DNA from: Candidatus Eiseniibacteriota bacterium
GTDB lineage: Bacteria; Arandabacterota; Arandabacteria; Arandabacterales; Arandabacteraceae
NCBI GenBank assembly: GCA_043810925.1
Contig: JBDRNT010000168.1
Location: 1 to 11,252, forward strand
Reading direction: 5' to 3'
DNA length: 11,252 nt
Shown here: positions 1-8,100 of the stretch, piece after piece
Position numbering within the stretch: the first letter of the stretch is position 1
Layout of the letters: the number at the start of each line of letters is the position of its first letter
The notes under the pieces: model-generated
Seen by the model: the letters and a program-made list of their open reading frames with translations, nothing else
Database searches by the model: none
Told to the model about the DNA's origin: nothing
Program-made: the position numbers and the translations under genes

Positions 1-126
1 CATTGATGTCATCGATATCCAGTTCGAACGCCAGGGTAGTGCGCTCGTTCCAGTAGGCGTGTAATACCCTGGGACTCCATCGGTTAGGATATTTCTCTTC
101 TGATTTGCAACTGGGAGGTGGATGGG

Positions 127-693
127 ATGATGACGACGAAAACGCAAGTCAGCAAATCCAAGAATGGCCGGCGCAGCCCGGCAGAGAAGCGAAACGAGCA
201 CTTTGCCAAGTTCATGCACGCGCTGTGGGACGTGGCCTTGGTACAGACATATCTGACGAAACGAGATGATCTTCTCGTACTACTGGCAATGCTGAGATAT
301 GCGGACTTCGATACGGGCGAGTGCGCTGTATTCATACCGAGGATGATGCGGGACACAGGCATCAAGCATGCGAACCAGGTTGTCCGGTCCATGGACAAAA
401 TCGAGGCGATGGGGGCGTTCAGACGACTGGAAGGGAAGAAGGGTTTCAAGAACGTCTACGGCAAGTCGGTAAGACGATACTTTCGGGCAACGGGGGAGGA
501 GATCATTGCACACGCGGTCGCCAATGACCTAATTAGTGAGGAGAAGATCAGAGAGATCGAGCTCCGGCAGGTCGAGAAGGAAATCCAGACCGAGGCAGAA
601 GGGGGGCTCGGAGCCGACGCCGGAGGGCTTGATGACTTCCCTGAGACCATCGATGAGATACTTGAGCACCTGCGGAGGGAGGGAAAGGAGTGA
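127..693 (+). CDS. Winged-helix (HTH_36-like, phage/ICE replication-protein N-terminal type) DNA-binding protein with an acidic C-terminal tail
   Basis: ORF 118..693; GGAGG at 114-118 favours the ATG at 127. The segment LLVLLAMLRYADFDTGECAVFIPRMMRDTGIKHANQVVRSMDKIEAMGAFRR resembles the HTH_36 pattern (recognised by eye). Confidence 0.6.
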   Translation: MMTTKTQVSKSKNGRRSPAEKRNEHFAKFMHALWDVALVQTYLTKRDDLLVLLAMLRYADFDTGECAVFIPRMMRDTGIKHANQVVRSMDKIEAMGAFRRLEGKKGFKNVYGKSVRRYFRATGEEIIAHAVANDLISEEKIREIELRQVEKEIQTEAEGGLGADAGGLDDFPETIDEILEHLRREGKE

Positions 694-704
694 CTGCTCA
701 CCCA

Positions 705-728
705 ACACAGAATCCCGGGAAGCTGTGT
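705..728. terminator. Imperfect inverted repeat downstream of the wHTH gene; possible terminator or operator
   Basis: ACACAG-AA-TCCC/GGGA-AG-CTGTGT, 11 nt after the stop codon, followed by an AT-rich tract without a true U-run. Confidence 0.3.
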
Positions 729-743
729 GACTATTTAGTTAAT

Positions 744-770
744 TGTACATATGTCAGACCCTCTGAGACA
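744..770 (+). repeat. IRL of IS481 copy 1
   Basis: Inverted match to 5126-5151. Confidence 0.75.
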
Positions 771-808
771 TATCATGGTAGATTCTAACGCACAACAAAG
801 GGGGTCTT

Positions 809-1535
809 ATGCTGACCAAGGAAGTCAGGGATTATCTAGCGCTGAGCAAGAAGAAGGTCGTCCTTGAGTTTGCCCGAGAGGTTGGGAGTGATGCCAAGTC
901 CTATCGCTCTTACGAGGTACCGAGATCCACATTCTATCGGTGGAAGAGGGCATTTGCGAAGGATGGTGAAGCCGGCTTAGTTCGGAAGAAACCTGTGGCA
1001 ATGAGCCATCCGCGCCAGTTAGCCCCGGAGGTCGTCGAGAAGGTTCTCCATCTCAGGCGGATCTACCACCTCGGACCTCAGAGAATCACCTGGTATCTTG
1101 AGCGCTATCACGGCGTGCAGACCTCCTGCTCCACAGTCTACCGCACCCTCATTCGCAACGGTATGAGGCGATTGCCAAAGAATGTGGGTCGTCGGGCGAT
1201 CCATACACGCCGCTACGCCAAGCAAGTGCCTGGCCACCACATCCAGGTGGACGTCAAGTTCCTCAGCCTTAAGACCAAGGATGACAGCAGGGTCCGCCGT
1301 TTTCAGTACACCGCCATCGATGATGCTACCAGAGTCCGGGCTCTGAAGATCTACAGGCGTCATAACCAGAAGAATGCCATAGACTTCATTGACTACGTGA
1401 TTGAGAAGTTCCCGTTCCGCATCCATACGGTCCGTACAGACCGGGGCCATGAGTTCCAGGCCCAATTCCACTGGCACGTCGAAGACAAGGGGGTGAGGCA
1501 TGTATACATCAAACCGCGTACGCCGCAACTCAAGG
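809..1535 (+). pseudogene. IS481-family transposase, 5' part (HTH plus the first two Asp of the DDE triad), interrupted
   Basis: GGGGG SD before ATG 809; motifs HIQVDVK, TAIDDATR, RTDRGHEF, YIKPRTPQL. Similarity to the intact 9861..10790 protein stops abruptly at about 1535, and the ORF runs on to 1567 in foreign sequence. Confidence 0.92.
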
Positions 1536-1555
1536 ATTATGCTTCATACTGCACC
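1532..1555. other. Left att junction of the recombinase element (AAGG core plus element arm ending in TGCACC)
   Basis: Boundary of transposase homology. TGCACC (1550-1555) lies 16 nt from the AA at 1532-1533, mirroring the right arm. Confidence 0.7.
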
Positions 1556-3628
1556 CCTTCCGTTTGATTCGATAGGACCTTAGGGACCCGCCTTCTATCA
1601 TTTATCTTTCGGCCCTGGCTTTTTCGAGGAGCATCAGGTCCTGGCGGCTCGTACAAGAACTCGTTCTTATCATTGCAAACATGGCTCGGCAGCAGTCCTT
1701 CCCGACGCCACGCCTTGACTGTACAACTTTTCACACCTAATCGCTTAGCTATTTCCTCAAGGGTCAGCATTCCAGACTCGCGCAGGCGATCATAATGACT
1801 GTTCAAGCCATACTTTCGCCGGATACCCTTGATGATGTGCCTTGAGAACGGCCTGCCGGTCCCAGACTGCAGTCCACGTTGGTTAAGGATCTCTACGATC
1901 TGTCCGTCTGTATGACGATTGACAAGCACATCGATTTCCTCTACAACAGCGCGTGGAGTGGTCCTTTCTTCCCAGGCGGACCTGGGAAGAGGCAGTTCCA
2001 ACGTGGTGGACGTTCCTCCTTTGAAGCATACGTGCATCGTAATCTGGTCCTTCTTGATCAGCGTGACATCCTCGAGCAACAGTCGCACCATGCGCTTGCG
2101 GTCCCGGTCTGAGGTATTGGGATCCTTCCACAGTCGAGGAAAATCAGCAGTCAGTGCCGTCACGCGACTCCGCACTTCTTCATCCACCTCGAGCCGATCC
2201 GCTTGGCGCTCGCGCTCATAATCCTCCTGTGCTTTCTCGAAGTCACGAAGTTTCTCATTCCACTCCGCCTCAAGGACATCCGCAACCAGACGATTGTTGG
2301 GATCCACCTGCATGTATCGCCTCTGGGCAAGCTCCGCTTCATAACGAACCCGTTGGACCTGTTGAGCGCGCAGCCTGTCTGCTTCCTCGAGGCGAGATGC
2401 CAGTTCCTGCTGCACCACCAGCGCGACGTCCAACGTCAAGGGTGTGATCATCTCAAGCAAAAGATCACCAATGGCCACATCGATTCCTCCTCCAGAGATA
2501 CGCTGGCAGGGTCTTTCGCCATGGGCGATCCCCTCGCGCTGACATAGGTAGTCTGGTGTCAGACGCCCTCTGCGTACATGATACCGTAGAGTCATACGTT
2601 TTCCACAGATACCGCACCACACGATGCCTTGCAGTAATGAGGGTCCTTCCCGGGGAGGGCTCTTACGGCGATCATGACCATACGCTTGTGATGCTGCTCG
2701 CAGACGTCGCTGATTATCTTCATAATCCTGCCAGGTAATATATCCTTGATGGGCATCGGGGATAAGTATCTGCCAGTCGGCTCGATCCAGTCTTTCCTGG
2801 TATTCGACACCATCGATGCGTTTCCTTGTCCTCGTTCGCCCGAAGACGAACGCACCGGCGTAGCGGGGGTTATGCAACAGCTGCAGTGCACGGCCGTGTT
2901 CCAGTTCAGCCCAGACAAGTTCACCTTTGCGTGGTCCTTTGCGCAGACGGCGCGGGAAAAGAAGCCCTTCCTTGTGAAAGTGCTTTACCACACCCAGGGC
3001 GCTACCTAAACGGCGGTATGTCGCAAAGAAAAGAGCTATTGTCTCTCGTACCTGCTTATCGGGATCCAGTTGTACCCGCTTCCGGGCATCGTATGAAAGA
3101 CCCACCGGTAAGGGGCCGGCGAGTTCACCCCGGCGCGCTTTGCTCAAGATACCTCCCCGAAGACGCGCTCGTAGAAGATGCAATTCCGCCTCACTCATCG
3201 TACCCTTAAGTCCCAGTAAGAGCCGGTCGTTGAAGCTATTGGGGTTGTACAGACCATCCTCATCGAGGATCAACGTGTCTGACAGGGCACAGATCTCCAA
3301 CAGGCGGTGCCAGTCGGTAGAGTTACGGGCAAGACGTGAGACCTCAAGGCCCAGGACGATTCCTGCCCGCCCCATACCCACTTCAGAGACAAGAGTCTGG
3401 AAGCCTTTGCGGTCTACCGCGCTCGGCCCCGGACTGGCCCAGGTCCGAGTCGATCACATGGACCCGCTCCAGCGGCCACCCGAGTGCCACCGCCCGCTGG
3501 CGCAATGCATACTGCTGCTTTGTGCTCTCGCTATTTTCCAATACCTGCCGCAACGTAGATTGGCGAACGTAAAGGTATGCATCCCGCTTCAGATGTGAGG
3601 CGGTCACTTTCAAACTCGCTTCGCTCAT
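1537..3628 (-). pseudogene. Large serine recombinase (resolvase, recombinase, zinc-ribbon, coiled-coil and C-terminal HTH domains), about 696 aa if the 1-bp frameshift at about 3424-3426 is corrected
   Basis: ORF 3383..3634 has the catalytic YVRQST and DSDLGQSG motifs. ORF 1537..3381 has EVSRLARN, LHNPRYAG, LLQGIVWCGICG...YLC...C and TLEEIAKRLGVKSCTVKAWRREGLL. Deleting one base in GGGGCCGAGC gives continuous GQSGASAVDRKGFQTLVSEVGMG. SD AAGGGGG lies 6 nt before ATG 3628. Confidence 0.9.
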
Positions 3629-3944
3629 GCGCATCCCCCTTCCGACTGTTATTAAGCACCATGCTGACCAGGGCTGTTATGAGCTCACCGCGCAACCTAC
3701 CGGAGAGTTCCATGTCGGGTTGCCACGACTCCACTCGTCCAGAATCGCTCATCTTCTCGACATCTGTCGGAGACATGTAGGCCTGCCACACCTTGATCCA
3801 CGCGGCCATGCCACGGCTAAGAAACAATGCCAGACCCGCCGAGCCTTCACTTCCACCCATTGCCTGCCGGCGGAGAGACTGGTAGGCACCAATCAACTCC
3901 CGGCTGGATGATAGAGAAGATGACCGGCCGGCTCGGTTCATCAT
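3531..3944 (-). CDS. Small accessory protein of the recombinase element (y4bB-like position), 137 aa
   Basis: Distal part of ORF 3531..4511. ATG 3944 overlaps the HTH gene stop (ATGA). Core motif YQSLRRQAMGG...GLALFLSRGMAAW. Its 3' end overlaps the recombinase start by 98 nt. Confidence 0.65.
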   Translation of the reverse strand: MMNRAGRSSSLSSSRELIGAYQSLRRQAMGGSEGSAGLALFLSRGMAAWIKVWQAYMSPTDVEKMSDSGRVESWQPDMELSGRLRGELITALVSMVLNNSRKGDAHERSEFESDRLTSEAGCIPLRSPIYVAAGIGK

Positions 3945-4411
3945 CGCTGACCTTTTTTTTGGCGCCGCGCCAGTGCTCGTTCGATACTGCGCGGGTGAAC
4001 AGTGATGCCAAAACGCGATTCTACCCGATCGGCCAAAGCTCTCGCGCCAAGAGAAGGCTCTTCGCCGAGCATCTCTTCGACATAATCCAGAACACCGTCG
4101 GTGAGCTTGTGGGCCCGCTGGGGACCTCGGCGTCGTGGGAACAGTCCCGCCAGACCGTTTTCTAAGAATCGCTTGCGGATCTCGTAGAACGTCACGCGTG
4201 AGAAACCAAATGACGGGGCAACCTGGATCACCGGGCGCCTCTCTTCGCTCGCCTGACGTAGCATCTCGTACTTTACCTGCAACAAATCGTTGGGATCGAA
4301 GAACTCGCTTTTCTCGAACAGCGGGTTGGTTACAGCCCGGGGATGGGGATTGAGCGTCCCCTCCTTGCGCAGGGCCTCGTGCTTGGAATCGCCGCGGGAC
4401 TTGCCGGCCAT
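3941..4411 (-). CDS. Helix-turn-helix (homeodomain-like, transposase-N-terminus type) protein, y4bC-like, 156 aa
   Basis: Strong SD AAGGAGG before ATG 4411; motifs FFDPNDLLQVKYEMLR, FGFSRVTFY, GLAGLFPRRRGP..AHKLT, ITVHPRSIERAL. No DDE domain. Confidence 0.85.
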   Translation of the reverse strand: MAGKSRGDSKHEALRKEGTLNPHPRAVTNPLFEKSEFFDPNDLLQVKYEMLRQASEERRPVIQVAPSFGFSRVTFYEIRKRFLENGLAGLFPRRRGPQRAHKLTDGVLDYVEEMLGEEPSLGARALADRVESRFGITVHPRSIERALARRQKKGQR

Positions 4412-4443
4412 GGTAGCCTCCTTCTATCGGGGACCAATCCGTC

Positions 4444-4459
4444 ATTGTGCGATCACAAT
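4444..4459. promoter_or_regulatory. Operator-like palindrome ATTGTG-N4-CACAAT
   Basis: Perfect 6-bp inverted repeat just downstream of the predicted -10 box. Confidence 0.45.
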
Positions 4460-4470
4460 ATGTTAAGTAT

Positions 4471-4498
4471 ATTATGCACCAGCCCAATCTCGTGTCAA
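4471..4498 (-). promoter_or_regulatory. Sigma70-type promoter for the HTH-orf-recombinase operon
   Basis: TTGACA (4498-4493), 16 nt, then CATAAT (4476-4471), with an A-rich UP-like tract upstream in an AT-rich intergenic region. Confidence 0.65.
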
Positions 4499-4601
4499 TT
4501 TCTTTTTTCACTAATCACCCTAATAATGAATGAGTTACCATGCTTCAGTTCCCCTATCATATCATTTCACTGTACACCAATCGGCATAATACACTTTACA
4601 C

Positions 4602-4931
4602 TCATGCTTGCCCCTCACGGCCCCGACAAGCCGGCACCTTCTCCGAGACAGCCTCCAGAAGCCCGGACAACTTCATAAGATCCGCAAGCCGAAACGGTGA
4701 TCGGCCAGCGGCCACATTCACAAATGGATCTACCGGGAAGATGCTTGTCCAACGAGCAGGAACTGAACTGAGCTTGCCCTCATCGTCGTGGAAGTAGACC
4801 CGATCTTCGCCCCAGTTATGACGGTACGTCACCAGCGAAAACGATCGACCGTATAAGAAATGGAATCGATGGGTGATCTGAAAAGTTTGCACCTTACCGT
4901 CGCCGGCAGGTGCACTTGACACTCGAGTCAA
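4602..4931 (-). CDS. DUF5372 / Y4bD-Y4pK-like small protein, 5'-truncated in the integrated state
   Basis: Motifs ITHRFHFLYGRSF, WGEDRVYF, SVPARWTS, DPF...GRSPFRLADL recalled as DUF5372. The frame is open up to the element end with no SD at the TTG at 4931; a probable true ATG is at 1547 on the opposite end. Confidence 0.75.
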   Translation of the reverse strand: MTRVSSAPAGDGKVQTFQITHRFHFLYGRSFSLVTYRHNWGEDRVYFHDDEGKLSSVPARWTSIFPVDPFVNVAAGRSPFRLADLMKLSGLLEAVSEKVPACRGREGQA

Positions 4932-4934
4932 AGG
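4909..4934. other. Right att junction of the recombinase element
   Basis: GGTGCA (4909-4914) lies 16 nt from the AA at 4931-4932, followed by the AAGG core; transposase homology resumes immediately after. Confidence 0.7.
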
Positions 4935-5116
4935 GCAAGGTCGAGAGATCCCACCGGTCAGACCAGGAGGAGTTCTACCAATTGCTGACGTATACGGACG
5001 ATGTAGATCTGAACGAGAAACTGAGAGAATGGGAGCGGTTCTACAACTACGATAGACCGCACGGAGCTTCTAACGGAAAAACACCTTACGAGGCATTGAG
5101 GGCTATGTTACAATAA
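4931..5116 (+). pseudogene. IS481-family transposase, 3' part (catalytic Glu and C-terminus)
   Basis: KGKVERSHRSDQEEFYQLL...WERFYNYDRPHGASNGKTPYE aligns with the C-terminus of the 9861..10790 protein. Confidence 0.92.
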
Positions 5117-5125
5117 CGGCGAAAC

Positions 5126-5151
5126 TGTCTCACAGGGTATGCCATATCACA
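5126..5151 (-). repeat. IRR of IS481 copy 1
   Basis: TGTCTCACAGGGTATGCCATATCACA, ending in ACA; starts 9 nt after the transposase stop codon. Confidence 0.8.
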
Positions 5152-5157
5152 GTCCCT

Positions 5158-8100
5158 TTACTGCCAGCTTCCTGAGGCTACGAAGGCAGCCCAGCCATAA
5201 GGGTGATCGCACCTGCCCTGGGAGCGAAGCTCCTCTATCGCAGCCAGCTGAATCCGGCGGATGGCTTCAGGCAGGGTTTCCCCACCTCTGCCATAAAGCT
5301 GCTCCATCATGTCCGCAGTCGACTCATCCGATATTGGCCAGAGGGCGCTCAACACGACCCTCACCCCCGCCATCTGAAAGGCCCTGCGCAGTCCATATAC
5401 TCCTTCCCCTTCCCTCACCTCGCCCAGAGCGCTCTCGCATGCCGATAGAACCACGGCCTCCGTATGATTGAGCCGCATCCCGGACACTTCGAAGGCGGTC
5501 ACCACGCCATCCTCGCAGCCCAGGCTGTCCGCAACCCTCCCACCCAAGTTTGCGCCGGCAAGGAGGAGTCCCGACAGAAGCAGAGGGTTCTCCCCGATGA
5601 ACTCACTCCCGGCCTCGGGGGCCTTTCCCGCGTCGGGAGTGCACTTGCCCCCCAGGAAGTAGCCATGCGTCGCAAGATGTATCACCCTGCTGTCCGGGGC
5701 CATCGCCTTAAGATTCTCCTCGCTTGCCTCGCGGCCACAATAGACTGTGACAGGTTCGGAGGTGGCGCCGGCCCAAGCCTCGCCTATTCTTTCCACTTCC
5801 CTGCGCGAATGGGGAAGGGGTGGGACCTTCATCGCAAGGAGATCATCGCATGCGGTCCGAGCACTCCGTGTTCCACTACTGCAAGCGAGTAGTGAGTCCC
5901 GTTCCGTCGGTTGAATCATCGACAGATGTTCGGCATCACTCACCTCATAATCCGGGTCACCAAGAGCAAGAAGCCCGCTGCCGACCGGCCAGTCATGCTC
6001 CAGTCGGGCCAGATCGCGACCAGCCGAGAGATAGTGAATTGTGTTGGTCTCGACCAGATACAAGCCATCGGGCCGGATGAGGCCGGCAAACGAGACCAGG
6101 TTCAATCCGGCATCAGGGGCGATGAATGCCGTCTCACCACCCGACAGGAAAGGTTCGACCGGACGCACCACAGCGCGATAGAGGTCCGCTGCTATGGATG
6201 CGTAGTCATCCTTGTCGGGCTCGACGGGTAAATGCTCCGCTGAGGCGACCCTCAGCATGTGCTCCCTGTACCGGGTTACAATTCCGTCTATCTCGCGCGC
6301 TTCTCCGAGATCAAGCAGGGCGGGCTCGCCGGTCTTATGGATGATCATGACCAGGTAGTGTGGGACTGTGTTGGCCGTCAGCGTCCGGTAGGAGTCGAAT
6401 TTCAGGTATTCAACCAGTACGGTAGCCTCGGGCAGGATCTCTTGTATCCGTGAGAAGTCGACATCCTTTGCCAGCTGCCGTCTTCTGAAACTGGCGCTCC
6501 GTCGAGCGAGGGCGGATTCAAGCTCGCCTGCCGCAGTGCTCAGCGAATCCATGAGATGAGAGTACGCCTCGGTCCCTTCGTCTCCCGGGCCGGCGACGAA
6601 GCGCTGAGAGATCTCGAGCTGAACATCCCTGAGGGCATCGGCAAGGCCCAGGCCTACAGAGTCGGTCGCTTCAACCAGCGCCGCCCGCCGTTCGAAGATT
6701 CCGTCTGAAACACTGCCCTTTGAATGGAGCACGATATCGGCCAAGCAGCGGGTGTCCTGGGCGGTTGCGGCATCGCAGCCGAAATAGCAGGAAATGTATT
6801 TGTCAGCAGAGGTACGCATTTCCTTTGAGTATTTCAAAGCATCCCGTTCGGCGAGCGCATACGAATTATCGCTGAAGTTCTTAAACCTGATGCCGAACGC
6901 GCGGTTGCTGAGCTCCATTGCCCTCTCATCATCCTGCGTTAGGCGGCAGAGCCAGCTCAGCGATTCCAGCGCTTCCGCCACATCCGGGTGGTTTTCGCCG
7001 AGTCCCTTCTCGGTTATCGCCAGGCCGCGCTCCAGGTATGATCGGGCTTCTGCGTATCTGCCCATGGCAACATAGAGATTGCCGAGATTGCAGCGGCTCC
7101 AGCCGGCCATGTGATGGTCCGGGCCCGAAGTCTCTTCATAGATCGCGAGGGCCTCGGTAAAGAGCGATTCGGCCTCGCTATATCGCTCCTGCATCTGAAG
7201 CAGGAGAGCCAGGTTACTCAGATTCCTGGCATAGCTGGGATGGTCAAAGCCATAGAAGTCCCGCCACATGGGCAGCGCCCGCCTATGATATTCCTCAGCC
7301 TTTGCATAGTCTCCCTTAACCTCGTATACGCCGCCAAGGTTGCTAAGGCTAGAGGCAATATAAATATGCCCCGGGGGCAGGTGCTTCTCGGCAATAGCGA
7401 GGGATCGCTTGTAATATGCCTCGGCGTCATCATACCTGCCTTGATACCAGTAGAGAGTTGCCAGATCGTTGGTGAACATGCCGATCCGCAGGTCATCCGG
7501 GCCGAGTGTCTCTTCCACCAGGGCGAGGGCGCGTTTGTAGACTTCCTCTGCTTCCGCATATCTGGCCTGCTCTCTGTATGCCCTTCCCAGACTGCTCAGG
7601 CTCATGGCGACGGCCGGGTTCGCGCTTCCGAGATTTCTCTCTCTGTTGGCAAGAGCATAGAGCTGGAGACGCTCGGCCTCGGCGTACTTCCCATGTTCGT
7701 GGTAAACGACGGACCCAAAAAAGAACAGGTTACCGAGACTGGGTTCGATGTACATGTCATCGCCGTACAACTCGTGACAGATGCCGAGAGCTTTCTCGAC
7801 GAGATCCTCTGCGGTCTGGTAGTCGGCCAGATTGTAGCAAGCGAGGGCCAGCCGGTTCAGAGATGTGACCACATCCATATTGTTGGGCCCCAGGGCGGTT
7901 TCCCGGATTGCCAGGGCCCGCTCCGCGAGCTGTCGCGCCTCCTCGTACCTGTATTGGTCGAGAACCGCGCCGGCAAGTTCGGCGAGAGTGGTTGCAACAT
8001 CCAGATGATCGGGTCCGAGCAGCCGCTCTCTGATCTCGAGCGCCCGCGTGAAGAGCGATTCGGCCCGGCTGTTATTCCCGACGCCCTTGCTGTAGAGTCC

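Larger units (their letters stand above)
1532..4934 (-). mobile_element. Four-gene large-serine-recombinase mobile element (y4bA-y4bD-like layout), 3,399-bp unit nested in the IS481 transposase
   Basis: AAGG at both 1532-1535 and 4931-4934. Removing one unit restores an in-frame 302-aa transposase (PRTPQL-KGKVERSH). All internal genes are on the - strand and there are no terminal inverted repeats. Confidence 0.9.
744..5151 (+). mobile_element. IS481-family insertion sequence, copy 1 (about 1,009 bp once the nested element is removed)
   Basis: TGT...ACA termini. IRL TGTACATATGTCAGACCCTCTGAGACA (744-770) versus IRR reverse complement TGTGATATGGCATACCCTGTGAGACA (5126-5151); the inner 22 nt match at 19 positions. 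Encloses a split DDE transposase. No target duplication seen, and the left tip is uncertain by about 1 nt. Confidence 0.85.

Noticed and set aside
1-83. Possible gene fragment at the window edge (+ strand IDVIDIQFERQGSALVPVGV* or - strand HAYWNERTTLAFELDIDDIN)
   Set aside because: Too short to assign a strand or product; the - frame has no start codon.
724-743. TGTGTG at 724 as the left end of IS481 copy 1
   Set aside because: It belongs to the 705-728 inverted repeat, matches IRR poorly and yields no target duplication.
1530-1533. TCAA (1530-1533 and 4928-4931) as the alternative direct repeat of the nested element
   Set aside because: Rejoining at TCAA frameshifts the transposase and breaks the attP symmetry; AAGG restores both.
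4455-4482. dif/Xer-like site (contains ATATGTTAAG and TTATGCACC)
   Set aside because: The XerC-like and XerD-like arms are in the wrong relative orientation; the promoter -10 region explains the sequence better.
3945-4511. 5' extension of the 326-aa ORF 3531..4511
   Set aside because: It is an alternative frame over the HTH gene and its promoter; only the part from ATG 3944 looks real.
4600-4613. Bridge-RNA-like guide: GGGCAAG and TGAGT (- strand) match the two arms of the target site
   Set aside because: The matches are only 7 and 5 nt and lie mostly in coding sequence, so chance is likely; serine recombinases recognise att sites by protein contacts.
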